Positions 12,220 through 24,490 of a DNA stretch of 64,000 nt are shown one piece after another; the stretch's first letter is position 1; every line of letters begins with the position of its first letter. This DNA is from Squalus acanthias (Eukaryota), in NCBI GenBank assembly GCA_030390025.1, contig CM059432.1, positions 65,412,001 to 65,476,000 of the forward strand, given 5' to 3'. The notes beneath the pieces were generated by a model, which ran no database searches, was not told the DNA's origin, and was given only the letters and a program-made list of their open reading frames with translations. A program made the translations under genes and the position numbers.

Positions 12220-13072
12220 GGGGCGGGGGGGGGGATTTTGCCAGCCCTGGGGAGGCGGGTTTGAAGGTGGGACTGCCGGGAAAATGTCAGAATCTGGGGG
12301 CGGGTGCCCATCCCACCTCCAACCCGCCTCTGTGCCAGCTTCCCAGGAGGCGGGTACCCGACCCGCGTTGGGAGCTGCCTCCCCGAGGCGGGAAGGGGAT
12401 TACAGCCACTTAACTGCCTGTTAATAGCTAGTTAACAGGCAGTTAAGAGGATTATCCCCATTTTACCCCTGCAAGTGTGGGCTTCCCAATGTCGGGAAAA
12501 TCCGCCAGGATCAACTAGGCGAGCAGTGGGTCTGCGGGGGTTGAGGGGGTCGAAAAGTGCACTGTGGAAGTAAGTGATGGGTGCAAGTGTGGAGAGGTAA
12601 GTGTGTGAGGTGAGTGTAAAGTGATAGAAAATGTTTACTTACCTTTGTTTCTTCCTGCAGGCTTCAACAGTTGGGGAACCAAAGATTCCTGCATCTCACC
12701 GGCAGAGATGGCAGATGGCTGCTGCATTCTCCGATGCAACAGCCATCTGATTTCTGCTCAGCAGATAGGTTTGATGAGTCTTGAATACAAGGACTCATCA
12801 AATAACAGAGAATGTCAGTGTTTGACAGCTTCACAGAGCTGTCAAACGATGATAATTCATCTGTCAAAAATTTTTGACAGATGAAACGTCATACGCTGAC
12901 GTTCTCTGTTACCGGCTTTCCCTTAATTGGCCTGCTAAGCCCGCTGGGCGGGCTTAACAAGGTCAATCAAGGGAAAATAGCATGGGTTGGCCACAAGTCG
13001 ATGGAGGCGGGACTAAAACTCGACAAGTGGGAGTCCCGCCTCCAAAAGCTCCCCATTGGCAAAATCCAGCCC
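12220..13072. mobile_element. Harbinger-type MITE family A, copy 1
   Basis: Ends GG..GATTTTGCCA / TGGCAAAATCCAGCCC; TSD TGT; homologous to 38253-39063, 43481-44324 and 46181-46880. Confidence 0.85.
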
Positions 13073-13967
13073 TGTATGTTTATATATTATTGTTGACAAA
13101 AAAAATCGCCTAGCTTGGAATAAAGCACTAAAATATTAGGGAATGGTGAAGCCAATTTAAAATTAGGAGACCAATTTTAGTTTTTGCTTCACTTATTGAA
13201 TTGTCATTCCTACGGGAAGGCCATTAAAAATGCACTGGATCACTTCACATTATGTCTAATTTTTCTGAAAATAATTAAATCATGTTTGATGGAAATTCAT
13301 CTTCTCTTCCATGGGGAGTGGCTCTGAAAACATCTCCAAGAACTGGCTGCTAATATGTTCTGTACTATTTTTTGATTGCTTCTTATGGTGTTGTAACCTC
13401 AGTAGCCCAAGCTCTGTACACATTGTTGCATGTAGCGTGGCAGTGCATAACCCTGTAGACCTAGGTGCTGCCAGATAAATCACACAAAGACAAAAGACAA
13501 AACCTTGCAGAAATCCAAAGACCAAAATAAATTACTCTGTGCCAAAATATAAGATGTGATATTAATGCTACTTTGATACGGGTTGCACGAATGTCAATTA
13601 AAACAGCAGGGGCAAATTTATGTTCATAAGTCAAATGCAGCATGTTGCCTGTTAGTCATTAATCCTTATGACATAGATTCAATAAGATAGCATAACTTGG
13701 TACAAAACTGCTGAATTGAAACCAATTTGCTAACAATGTCCCAAGTGTAATAGATGTCAGCACTAATACTTCTCCATCAGTTAACATTCTGCTTAACTGG
13801 AATGTTAAACTGAAGAGATTGTTTCTGCCCAAATTGATTCCATTAATGGTATTTTAACTGTATGTATTTCTAAGTGATACGAGTTAATTTTCAAAACCAG
13901 TCACATTAGTTATCCATTTTATTCAGACTTTCCGTTCTCTTTAGACAGTTCTAGTTGTTTTAGAGTA

Positions 13968-14395
13968 ATAAGAACATAACAAATATGAGCAGGAGTAGGC
14001 CATTTGGCCCCTCGAGCCTGCTCCGCCATTCAACAAGATCATGGCTGATCTTCTACCTCAACTCCATCTTCCCGCACTATCCCCATATCCCTTAATTCCT
14101 TTAGATCCCAAAAATCTATCGACCTCTGTCTTGAATATACTCAAAGGCTGAGCCTCCACAGCCTTCTGGGGTATAGAATTCCAAAAATTCACACCCCTTT
14201 GAGTGAACAAATTTCTCCTCATCTCAGTCCTAAATGGCCAACCCCTTATTCTGAGACTGTGACCCCATGTTCTAGATTCCCCAGCCAGGGGAAACATTTT
14301 CTTAGCATTAACCCTGTTAAGCTCCTTAAGAATTTTATATGTTTCAATTAGATCACCTCTCATTCTTCTAAACTCCAGGGAATATAGGCCTAGTA
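13968..14395 (-). mobile_element. CR1 LINE 3' fragment
   Basis: ORF 14058-14363 RGDLIETYKIL...FTQRGVNFWNS...FKTEVDRFL. Confidence 0.9.
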
Positions 14396-14664
14396 TGATT
14401 AAATTTTCTGAACACAGGCAGCTTTAGGCACTGGTAAAAAGTATTGCTGGGTCAGATTTTGCTGGAGTGGGGCATCTCGTGGCATGCCCCTTTAGTTAGA
14501 CTAGTCTGTGCACATTTAGGTTTTTTAAAAAGCTGATATAAAAGCATGACTAGGGCATCAGGGCATCTGGGACCAGTTCACCAACACTGTATTTCCTTAA
14601 CGAATGAGATTTAAGGGTTGAGAAATAAACACAGGAAGGACTGAGAAATAAACACAGGAAGCTT

Positions 14665-15056
14665 ATAGACCTGAGTACAAAAATCTAGGCTGACACTCCA
14701 GTGTAGTACTGAGGGAATGCTGTACTGTCGGAGGTGCCGTCTTTCAAATGAGACGTTAAACCATCTGCTCTCTCAGGTGGACGTAAAAGATCCCATGGCA
14801 CTATTTTGAAGAAGAGCCGGGGAGTTATCCCCGATGTCCTGGCCAATATTTATCCCTCAATCAACATCACTAAAACAGATTATCTGTTCATTATCACATT
14901 GCTATTTGTGGGAACTTGCTGTGCGCAAATTGGCTGCCGCGTTTCCTATGTTACAACAGTGACTACACTTCAAAAAGTACTTCATTGGCTGTAAAGCACT
15001 TTGAGACATCCGGTGGTCATGAAAGGCGCTATATAAATGCAAGTCTTTCTTTCTTT
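14665..15056 (+). mobile_element. DeuSINE (SacSINE1-like)
   Basis: Deu-domain-like core CTGTCGGAGGTGCCGTCTTTC..ATGAGACGTTAAAC...AAAGATCCCATGGCACT and L2-type tail GAAAGGCGCTATATAAATGCAAG(TCTT)n. Confidence 0.8.
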
Positions 15057-15328
15057 CTGGGAGGGAAGGTGAATTAGAGTGGGTGAATTCAATGTCAAAT
15101 CAGGTACAGAAAGAAAAATAAAGAGATGGAAAGAAAAATTGGAATAAGAGAGAGTGAATAAAGAGATAGAAAGGAAAAGTAAGAAAAAAAGAAAAAATGT
15201 AAATTAATTTTTTTTAAAATCTCTAAGAAGAATTTACTACATGCAGGAATGAGGCTGAATAGTTTAAATTGTTCTGTTTCTGGACCAGAATTGACATTTT
15301 AAAATCTCCTAAAATAATTCACAACCTG

Positions 15329-18204
15329 TTTAGTTTAAACTAATTTGGCAGGGAATGGGCACCAGAATGAAGCATTAGAGAGGAGATACAAGGTGCACAG
15401 AGGACTTGGAGAGACAAGCAGCATTAGAATAAAGAGTAGCTCAGAAATAGGAGGGGTCAGACAGGAGGCGAAAGTGAGGCAGACTAAAATAGGCTTGGAG
15501 TGCATGTGCATAAATGCATGGAGTGTGGTAAATAAGATTGGTGAGCTGGAGGTACAAGTCGCCACATAGGATTATGATATAGTGGAAATAATGAAGATCT
15601 GGCTCAAACAAGGGGAGGAATGGGCACTTAATATTACTGGATAGAATGTATTCAGGAAAGATAGGGAAGGATAAAAAGAATGGGGTGGCAGTATTGATCA
15701 AAGATACTATTACAGCACTAGAAAGGGATGATCTACTTGAGGTTTCAAGGACAGAATCTATTTGGTTAGAATTAAGGAATAATAGAGGAACTATTATGCT
15801 GCTGGGTGTATAGAAAAGGCCACCAAATAGTGGAAAGGAAATAGAGGAGCAAACTTGCAGGCAAATTGATAAGTAGTGATAATAGGGGACTTCAATTATC
15901 CTAATATAGACTAGGGAAATAACAGTGTAAAAGGCAAAGAGGGAGAGGAATTCCTGAAATGTGTACAAGAGAACTTTCTTGATATAGTAAGTTTCCAGCT
16001 CAATGAGGAAGGACGCAGTGCTGGGTCTAGTTCTGGGGAATAAAGTGGGGTAAGTGGAGCATGCTTCAAAGGAAAAAAAATTGGTAAACAGTGATCACAA
16101 TATCATTAGCTTTAGAATACTTATGGAAAAGGACAAGGAAAAATCAAATGTGAAAATACTCGACTGGAGAAGGGCTAATTTCAGGGAGTTGAAAAGGGAT
16201 CTGGCCCAGGTGGATTGGAATCAAAGACTGTTAGGTAAAACAGTAAATGAGCAATAGAAGGCCTTCAAAGAGGAGATAGTTCGGCTGCAGACTAGACACA
16301 TTCCCACGAGGGGGAAAGGGCAGCCAAAGCTCGAGCTCCCTGGATGACTAAAGATATATGGTTGGAATTTTGCCGGCGCTCAGGGGGCGGGTTTGGAGGC
16401 GGAACATCCGGCAAAATTGCAAAGATTGACAGTGGGTCGGAAATCTGCTGTCATCCCTGCCTCCAAACAATCTTCCCAGGTGTCAGGTCCCCGATTTGCG
16501 CGTGGACCCGACACCTAGCAGCGGGAAGAGGATTATAGGCACTTAACTGCTTGTTAACAAGTTGTCTTCACTAAAGCTGGCAATGTCACAGTAAGGGAGG
16601 AGGTAGTACAGAAATTGGACAAGATAAAAATAGATGAAGAGGAAGTACTTAAAATGTTGGCAGTGCTCAAAGTAGAAAAGTCATCCAGCCTAGGTTGCTG
16701 AGGGAAGTAAGGATGGAAATTGCGGAGGCTCTGGCCACAATCTTCCAATATTCGTTAGCTATGGGAGTGGTGCCAGAGGACTGGAGGATTGCAAATGTTA
16801 CACCGCTGTTCTAAAAAAAGGGAGAGCGATAAACCTGCCGACTACAGGCCAGTCAGCTTGTCAACAGTGGGGGTGAAACTTTAAGAGAGAATAATCCGGG
16901 ATAAAATTAATTGACATTTGGAAAAATATGGATTAGTAAATGAAAGTCAGTATGGATTTGTTAAAGGCAATTTGTGTTTGATTAACTTGATTGAGTTCTT
17001 TGATGAAGTAACAGAGAGGGTTGATGAGGGTATTGTGGTTGATGTTGTGTATATGGACTTTCAAAAGGCACGTGAACAAGTACCACATAATAGATTTGTT
17101 AGCAATATTGAAGCCCATGGGATTACAGAGGTAGTGGCTACATGGATACAGAATTGCCTATGGGACAGAAAGCGGAGAGTAGTGGTGAACAGTTGTTTTT
17201 CAGAATGGAGGGAAGTATACAGTAGTGTCCTCCAGGGGTCGGTGTTGGGACTACTGCTCTTCTTGATATATATTAATGACATGGACTTGGGTATATAGGG
17301 CATCATTTCAAAGTTTTCAGATGACACAAAATACGGAAATGCAGTCAACAGTGAGGAGGATAATAACAGACTTCAGGAGGGCATAGACAGACTGGTGAAA
17401 TGGGCAAACACATGGCAGATGAAATTTAACTCAGAGAAGTGGGAAGTGATACATTTTGGTAGGAAGACAGGCAATATAGACTAAATGGGTACAACTTTAA
17501 AGGGAGTGCAGGAACAGACAACCTGAGGGTATATGTACACAAATCTTTGAAGGTGGCAGGACAAGTTGAGAAGGCTGATCAAAAAACATACGGAATCCTT
17601 GGTTTATTAATAGAGGCATAGAGGACAAAAGCAAGGAGGTTATGCTAAACCTTTATTAAACACTGGTTAGGCTTTAGCTGGAATATTGTGTTTAATTTTA
17701 GGCACCGCACTTTAGGAAGGATGTTAAGACCTTGGAAAGGGTACAGAAGAGATTTACTAGAATGGTACCAGGGATGAGGGAGTTCAGTTATGTGGAGAGA
17801 CTGGAGAAGCTGGGGTTGTTCTCCTTAGAGCAGAGAAGGTTAAGAGAAGATTTGATAGAGGTGTTCAAAATCATGAACAGTTTTGATAAAGTAAACTGTT
17901 TCCAGTGGTCAGTAACCAGAGGACACAGATTCAGGTGATTGGCAAAAGAACCAGAAGTGACATGAGGATTTTTTTTAACGCAGCAAGTTGATGTGATCTA
18001 GAATGCACTGTCTGATCAGGTGGTGGAAGCAGATTCAATAATAACTTTCAAAAGGGAATTGGATGAATACTTGAAGGGAAAAAAATTACAGTACTCTGGG
18101 GAAAGAGCAGGGGAGTGGGACTATTTGGATAGCTCTACCAAAGAACTGGCACAGGAATGATGGGCCGAATGGCCTCCTTTTGTGTTGTATCATTCTATGA
18201 TTCT
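15329..18204 (+). mobile_element. CR1 LINE ORF2 (EN+RT), decayed, with 3' tail
   Basis: CMCINAWSVVNKIGEL, GDFN, SDHN, QGSVLG and FSDD motifs; CATTCTATGATTCT tail; TSD AACCTG at 15323-15328 and 18205-18210. Confidence 0.92.
16359..16558. mobile_element. Left-end fragment of a family A-like MITE inside CR1
   Basis: TGGTTGGAATTTTGCC...GGCGGGTTTGGAGGCGG...GCACTTAACTGCTTGTTAAC matches the family A left arm; flanking CR1 sequence is deleted. Confidence 0.65.
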
Positions 18205-18537
18205 AACCTGAAGGAATGAGACACCACACTTACAATTGTTTACTTTCTGGGCAAGAGAGGTTGATTTGCAGTCATTATCATGTCCTTAAAAGGGTTCTTA
18301 CGCTGTTAATTACTGCACTTAACTTTCTGTGGCGAGTTTAATGGGCAATTAATGTGCAAATGCAGCAACTTAATGAAAATCATGGGAAAATTAAGCACGA
18401 GATGCCGCTTTTGTGAAGCTAATGGCGCAAATCGGCCAGCAACTTATGCGATTCGCAAGCCACGGGGTATCTTTTCTTCGCTACAAGTTTCTGGCAGATT
18501 TGCACATTAATAACAGCGTGTTTCATTTAGACACCAT

Positions 18538-19299
18538 GGCCCGAAAATTAGACCTAATACGCGAGAGTACGCACTGTGTACTCTCGCGTATTAGGTCCCG
18601 AATTGCCGGTTTCCTGCATGCACTGCGCATGCGCGGGAAACCGGCACTTCGTGTATTGCAAAGGGGGCGGTTCCTAAGTGAACCGCGTGCGCACTACAGG
18701 TTGTGCGCATGCAGTGCACTTAGATTTTTTTTCAGGTTTGAACGCGCAGGTAAGTGGTGAAGATTTTACACATAAAGAAAGCAGGCGTAGGACCCCCTTT
18801 TAACAAGGTAAGTAGTTAATTAAGTGTTATTTTAATTTTTTTTCAACAGGTTTATCTTTTTTAGAGACTTTAAAGAAAGGTGAGTTTATTTTTATAACTT
18901 TTGAAAAGATTTTAAATTTTTTCAAAAATTTAATTTTTTGTTTAAAGTGGTTAATTTATTTAACTATAGTTATTTTATTAATGTGATGGCTTTTTTTAAA
19001 TTTAATTGAGGTTTAGCTGTTCTTTTGGGGGCTTGTAGTATTCATAGCTTTGACAGCCCTTGCTGTCAAAACTATGAATGAAAGATGGTGTGCTGCCATT
19101 GGCTCTAACTGAATCACGTGATCCCAGAGCTCGCACGAACTAATTGCGCCTCTGGGACACGCAAGCACTGCACGGTTGCAACAGGGAGAGGCCCTGAAAC
19201 TAAAGTTCGTGTGGGCCCAAACAAAAAGGTAGGCGCGGAGTGCGATATCGCGGGGAATCCTTACCCCCGCGGGAACCATCGATGTTTAATTTCTGGGCC
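18538..19299. mobile_element. Harbinger-type MITE (related in layout to family D)
   Basis: TIRs GGCCCGAAAATTA / TAATTTCTGGGCC; TSD CAT; subterminal hairpin GACCTAATACGCGAGAGTAC...GTACTCTCGCGTATTAGGTC. Confidence 0.85.
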
Positions 19300-19344
19300 C
19301 ATTATTTTTTCAGCAAAAGTTGTCCCATTGCTGTGGGGGGAGGG

Positions 19345-19702
19345 AGGGACCCAATGGTGGAGCGATTAAAATCGGGGATGCGCAAAAGGCCAGAATTGGA
19401 GGAGTGCAGATATCACGGAGGGGTGTAGGGCTGGAGGAGGGTACAGAGATAGGGTGGGGTGAGGCCATGGTGGGATTTGAAAAGAAGGATGAGAATTTTA
19501 AAATTGAGGCGTTGCCGGACCGGGAACCAATGTAGGTCATCAGGCACTGGCGTGATGGGTGAACGGGACTTGGTGCGGGCAGCCGAGCTTTGGATGAGCT
19601 CAGGTTTATAGAGGGTGGAAGATGGGAGGCCGGCCAGGAGAGGGTTGCAATAGTCAAGTCTAGAGGTAACAAAGGCACGGATGAGGGTTTCAGCAGCAGA
19701 TA
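19345..19702 (-). mobile_element. L2 LINE fragment
   Basis: Reverse complement of the region seen at 5560-5810 and 400-600. Confidence 0.8.
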
Positions 19703-20022
19703 AAAGAGTTTCAGCCGCACTTCTGGTGAAGTTACGGCAGCAGAGCAGGAGCAGCTCCCAGGCTTGTGATCATCTACACAAATGAAATCAAGTAATATGT
19801 GATTATCAGTGCAGCTCAAAACAAATTACATTTTAGGGGATTCCAATCTTGTTGTCTAATAATTTTTATAATATCTACAATTTCTAGTCAATGTATTAAT
19901 AATTAAATATTGAATGGTGTTTGGGTGGAATGAGCCAAGAGATCAACAGCTACAAAAATGGAAACCATATGCATAGTATTAAAATAGCCACTCAATTCAA
20001 ATTAAGGTAAAATTGATACAAA

Positions 20023-21530
20023 GGGCTAGAAATTCATGTACTCACTGCCACTTCGTAGCGCCATGAAATGGTGATAAAATGGCGGCCGCCGCTCTTTCGC
20101 CAGCTGGTGGTGGTTCCCGCGACGGCCACCATATTACTCTCCCCCTTTGCGCCGCTGGCAACTGGCAGCGCCCTGGGAAAAAAATGGCAGCGTGGTGACG
20201 TCAATCGGCGTGCGACGCCGACTTAACATCACCAACACGAACTTTGACCTTAGCGCTGAATTCAGCGCTGGGTCCTAAGCTCCTGGCGTGCAAGCAGATT
20301 GACAGTGGCGATGCCTGCAGCTCTTAAAGAGACACACACATCATTGAGGTAAGTTTGAATTTAAGGGTTTACACTGTTTTTTTTTATTTTATTGAAGTGG
20401 TGGCTTGCTGTAATAGATGTGAAAAGGTTTTTAAGTTTGTAGGAAGTGCTGCTGGATGCTTGCAAGAGCTCGGATGGTAAATGAAGGCCTTTGAGAAGAC
20501 AGAATACTCAGCAGGTCATGCAACATCCTTGGAGAGAAAGGATGCGTTGTGCTAATGGAAGGGCAGGAAAGCAAGAGGTGCATGCCAGAAGGAGGATAAC
20601 ATACGAGGATACCCGCATCTTGTATCCTTTCAGCCCCACCGCTGGCCAAGGGCTCAACCATGCCCTGCCAAGAACGGCCTGCACCGTCTCCTCCAAGTGG
20701 GTGAGGTGAGGCTAGGAATGGGAGATGTGCCTCATCATTGGTGCAGATTGTTGGTAGGTGAGTGATTGGGGGTTGTGCATTGAGCAGTGTGTGAGGCTAA
20801 TGGAGCAGTTGGTAGGAGACAGCTTTTGAAGATGCATTCACTGACCTTGACCAGTGGTCTGAGGTCATGAAGCTTCTTTGGGTACTGGAGCCAGGTGGTG
20901 GGGGCAACACTGCTGTCAGTGACAGTCTTTGTGATGTACTCCCACATCGTTCTTTCTGGAGGGCTTCATGGCCCCTTTGGGTAGAGGGATGCTCTTGCAG
21001 TGTTGACCCCCTGCACAAAGCTGGAGTGCTGAGTGCGAGACCCTCGGTGCCCCTTCCCTGGCTTGCTGAGCCATTTGTGTTAGTGCTGAGGCAGTTTTCC
21101 CATTTGTTGAGTTTAGGACGGCAATTCAGATTTAACAGCTGAATATTCACATTTGGAACTTCTTTTAAATATTGAATATTTGTAAGAAGACAGAAAGGGC
21201 GGAAAAATGTATTGAATCAGTGCATTTTATTTTGTATTGCTTCAGTGTGCATGGCCCTTTAAATCGCAGACCTCTTCATTACCCACAATTCCTTGAGAGC
21301 TCCACAGTTTCGCTCACAGAGGCTGTGGGAAGCTGCAACGCCGGACCTGGACAGAAACTTCGTCCCAGATCCCTCCAGCAAAGCCACCAGGATGGCGTTA
21401 CATGGAAGGTGAGCGCTGTGCCACCTATCTCCATGCCTCCCAGACCAATTTGACTCGGTTAGCGTTGCGGCCATTTCCAGTGGCCGTTAACTGCAGTTAC
21501 CAGTGACACCAGCAACTTTGCTGACGAACA
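20023..21530. mobile_element. Decayed non-autonomous Harbinger (Myb remnant on -, transposase N-terminus on +)
   Basis: Left TIR GGGCTAGAAATTC; minus-strand TTWLQYPKKLHDLRPLVKVS Myb helix at ~20840-20900; right TIR degraded. Confidence 0.7.
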
Positions 21531-22028
21531 CAAATTTTAAAAAGCCAAATGGATGAAAGAAAAAAGGAAAGATGAAAAGAAGAGTAAGAAATGATAGAAG
21601 AGATATGAAGCAACAAGAACATTTATTTCAAATTGTTTAGTGACTTTATCAACATTAATTTATCTTTATGTTTGACAATCAAGATAAATGCAATTAACCA
21701 TTTGCATAGAGGAAAGGAAGTTCCATAAACCAGATTTCTGAGTAGGCAATAACTAGAATTGTATAGCCAGCATTTCTGGTGACAGTCTTGATCCAAACTG
21801 CCTTCCTATGCTTTCACTTCCAAGGGCTTCACCAAAGGTTTCATTCCTTTTCTATTGAATGCAAACCCAACCCCCATTCAAAACAAGGCAGTTATCTCAG
21901 ACTTGGGATGCTTTGCACCCTTATCTTAATAGTGGAGTGATTTTCTCCCTCTACTTCTCTTACATTTGTACTCATGATGCTTCACACTGTTAATGGCACA
22001 GGATGATTGTTTGAAACAAGGAAATATT

Positions 22029-22809
22029 GGGCTGGATCTTGCTGGAAAATAATGGATGTTAACGATGCGCGCGTTATTAATGTACAAATCAGCCAGCAAG
22101 TTCAGGGCATTAAAAGATACGCCGTGAGTTGCAACTCTCCAGACTTGGTCGATTTACACCGCTCCACCATTTGCTTCACACAAACGGCATCTCGCCCTTA
22201 GCCTCCCGTTATTTTTAAGAACTTTCTGGATTGGCACATAAATTGCCCATTAAACTCGCAGCAAAAAGATAGGGCTGTCAATTAAGAGTGTAAGTACCCT
22301 TTTAACGATGTGATAATTGCTACTACAATGTCAATCAACACCTTTGGTCCAGAAATGGAACAATTTAAACTATTCTGTCTCAATCCTGCATGTAGTTAAA
22401 GAAAAGAAAAAAATCCTGCAAGTAGTAAATTCTTAGAGATTTAATTTTTTTTAAATTTTACATTGGTTTCTTACTTTTCCTTTCTGTCTCTTTTTTCTCA
22501 CTCTCTTAATCCAATCTTTCTTTCACTCTCTTTATTTCTTTTTCTGTACTGGATTTGACTCTACTTCACCCACTTTAATTTATCCTCCTTCTCCATCGTT
22601 GCGTTGTTTCTTTCTCAATCCTGAAATCTCATTAGTTAAGGAGATACACTGTTGGTCGAGACCCGGATGCCTGTTGCCCTCGCGGCGCTGTTATCAGTTC
22701 ACACTTCCAGCAAGTTATGGCGCAAAATATTTTTGAGCTGAAGGATGCAGGAAAAAGTCTAACTAATGGCATATGCCGTGGATTGCACCATTCTAGCAAG
22801 ATTTGCTCC
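22029..22809. mobile_element. MITE family C, uninterrupted copy
   Basis: Imperfect TIRs GGGCTGGATCTTGCTGGA / TCTAGCAAGATTTGCTCC; homologous to 14449-19326. Confidence 0.75.
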
Positions 22810-23678
22810 AATTAAGTATAACCAGAACGAGTTATAAGCTATTAATCTTAGATACTGATTTTGATTCCCCACATAGTCTCATCTTAACATTCAAAATGTA
22901 AGACTGGAAGCTGTTATAGAAACATTCTGGAGCTGGTTTTGTATTTGTATCAGTGCTGGTGCAATCATCATAGCCCTGGGCCGCTGATTAAATATTTTCT
23001 TTCTCTTCCTTTTCCCCTTTGGTCATATACATCCTGCTGCCAAGAAATTGAGCAACCTGATTTTCCAACCTAATTCAAGACCTTCTTCAATGGAGCCTTA
23101 ACAAGAGATAAGTATCCTTATGATACTTCTCTTGCATGAAAAGACACAAGAATGTAAAAAAGTCAAGGGTCAAAAAAAGTTGATTTGGCTCATTGAAGTT
23201 CATCTTTCAAGTATCGTAACTCCCCCATTATAGCATCTAGCTGCATTTTGAACATTTCTGATGCTTTTGCCTGGACTTGCTTAAAGAATGTTTATCTTTC
23301 TCAGAGTAAAATCATCTGTTATCTGTTTAAAATTTACTTTCGCTAATTTAAATTTATGTCCTCATAGAAACACTTAGCCCCTGGACCTTACTCAATGGGA
23401 TGAGTAATTGAACTTGTGTTCCCCACTCTCACAGTACAGAGCACTCTACCACATCAATGGACCAAATTGAGTATTAAAATGTACATAATTAAATGACTTG
23501 TATTTAGTGTGCATGAATCCCTTCACACCTTTCAAAAGTGTCGCATCTGAAAGTGTGGCCTCAGAGGAATCCTATTCAAGCATCCTGAACCTCAAGGCAA
23601 AAAATTATATAACTTTTAATCATGTAAACAACAAAAAAAGGAGAGTTTTAGGGGGGGAGAAGGGAAGAATAAGATAAT

Positions 23679-24490
23679 GGCCCGCATTTTGCGGTCGGCG
23701 GCGTAATTAAGGATTACGCTGCCCGCATCTGAACCGAATGCACACTTACCTGCTGGGAACCCTCCTCCGAAAAGTTGCTGTCAGACGCTGCGTACTAGAG
23801 GGCAGCGTAGTGGCCCACAGATCCCAGGGGTGCACCATGTGCGAAAGCATACCTGGGATCACGTGGCCCAGTGCTCCAATCAGCAAACAAAAGGTCTCTC
23901 CTTAATACTATTAGAGATCGTCAGTCTTTGCACTTCAGTACTTCGACAACAACTTAAATTTGTGATTTTGGGGTCTGGGTGTGTGCAGAATGCATTTTGT
24001 AAGTTATCAACATTTTCATTTTTTTCCTCCCAGCAAAAACATTTTAAAAACCTGAGAATAATGCTTTCTTCGAAAATCTATTGGAAGACAGTTCTTAACT
24101 TTTCATGAACATAATTTCATGGGCAAAATCCTGCGGGTCATATGTAAATGCTTCCATTTCCGGCCTCATATAGCTTTTAAATTTAAATATAAATATTTGG
24201 ATTTGTCAGGAGGTATCCCCTTATGCTGTGCAAACAGGCCCTGCGCCTGTTTGCACCAGTCGTAACATTTTCACACATAATTGCTGGGCATTTGGTGAGC
24301 AATTAGCCCAACTCTGCGCCAGCAATTAGGATTTCAATGTTGGAGCGGATCATCTGTCAAATCAGAACTTGACAGATCACAAGTTCGGGATTTAGCGCAT
24401 GTGGAAATCCCGAATTTGCTGTCCATTTCAAAGGCAGTATGATGGCGTACTCTGAGAGTACGCCGTCATAACAATCGCAAATTCTGGCCC
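23679..24490. mobile_element. Harbinger-type MITE family B
   Basis: TIRs GGCCCGCATTTTGCG / CGCAAATTCTGGCCC; subterminal hairpin TATGATGGCGTACTCT-G-AGAGTACGCCGTCATA. Confidence 0.8.

Larger units (their letters stand above)
14449..19326. mobile_element. MITE family C, fragmented by nested SINE, CR1 and MITE insertions
   Basis: Ends GGGTCAGATTTTGCTG / CAGCAAAAGTTGTCCC. Pieces 14449-14660, 15057-15328, 18205-18537 and 19300-19326 match the reverse complement of 22029-22809. Confidence 0.75.
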
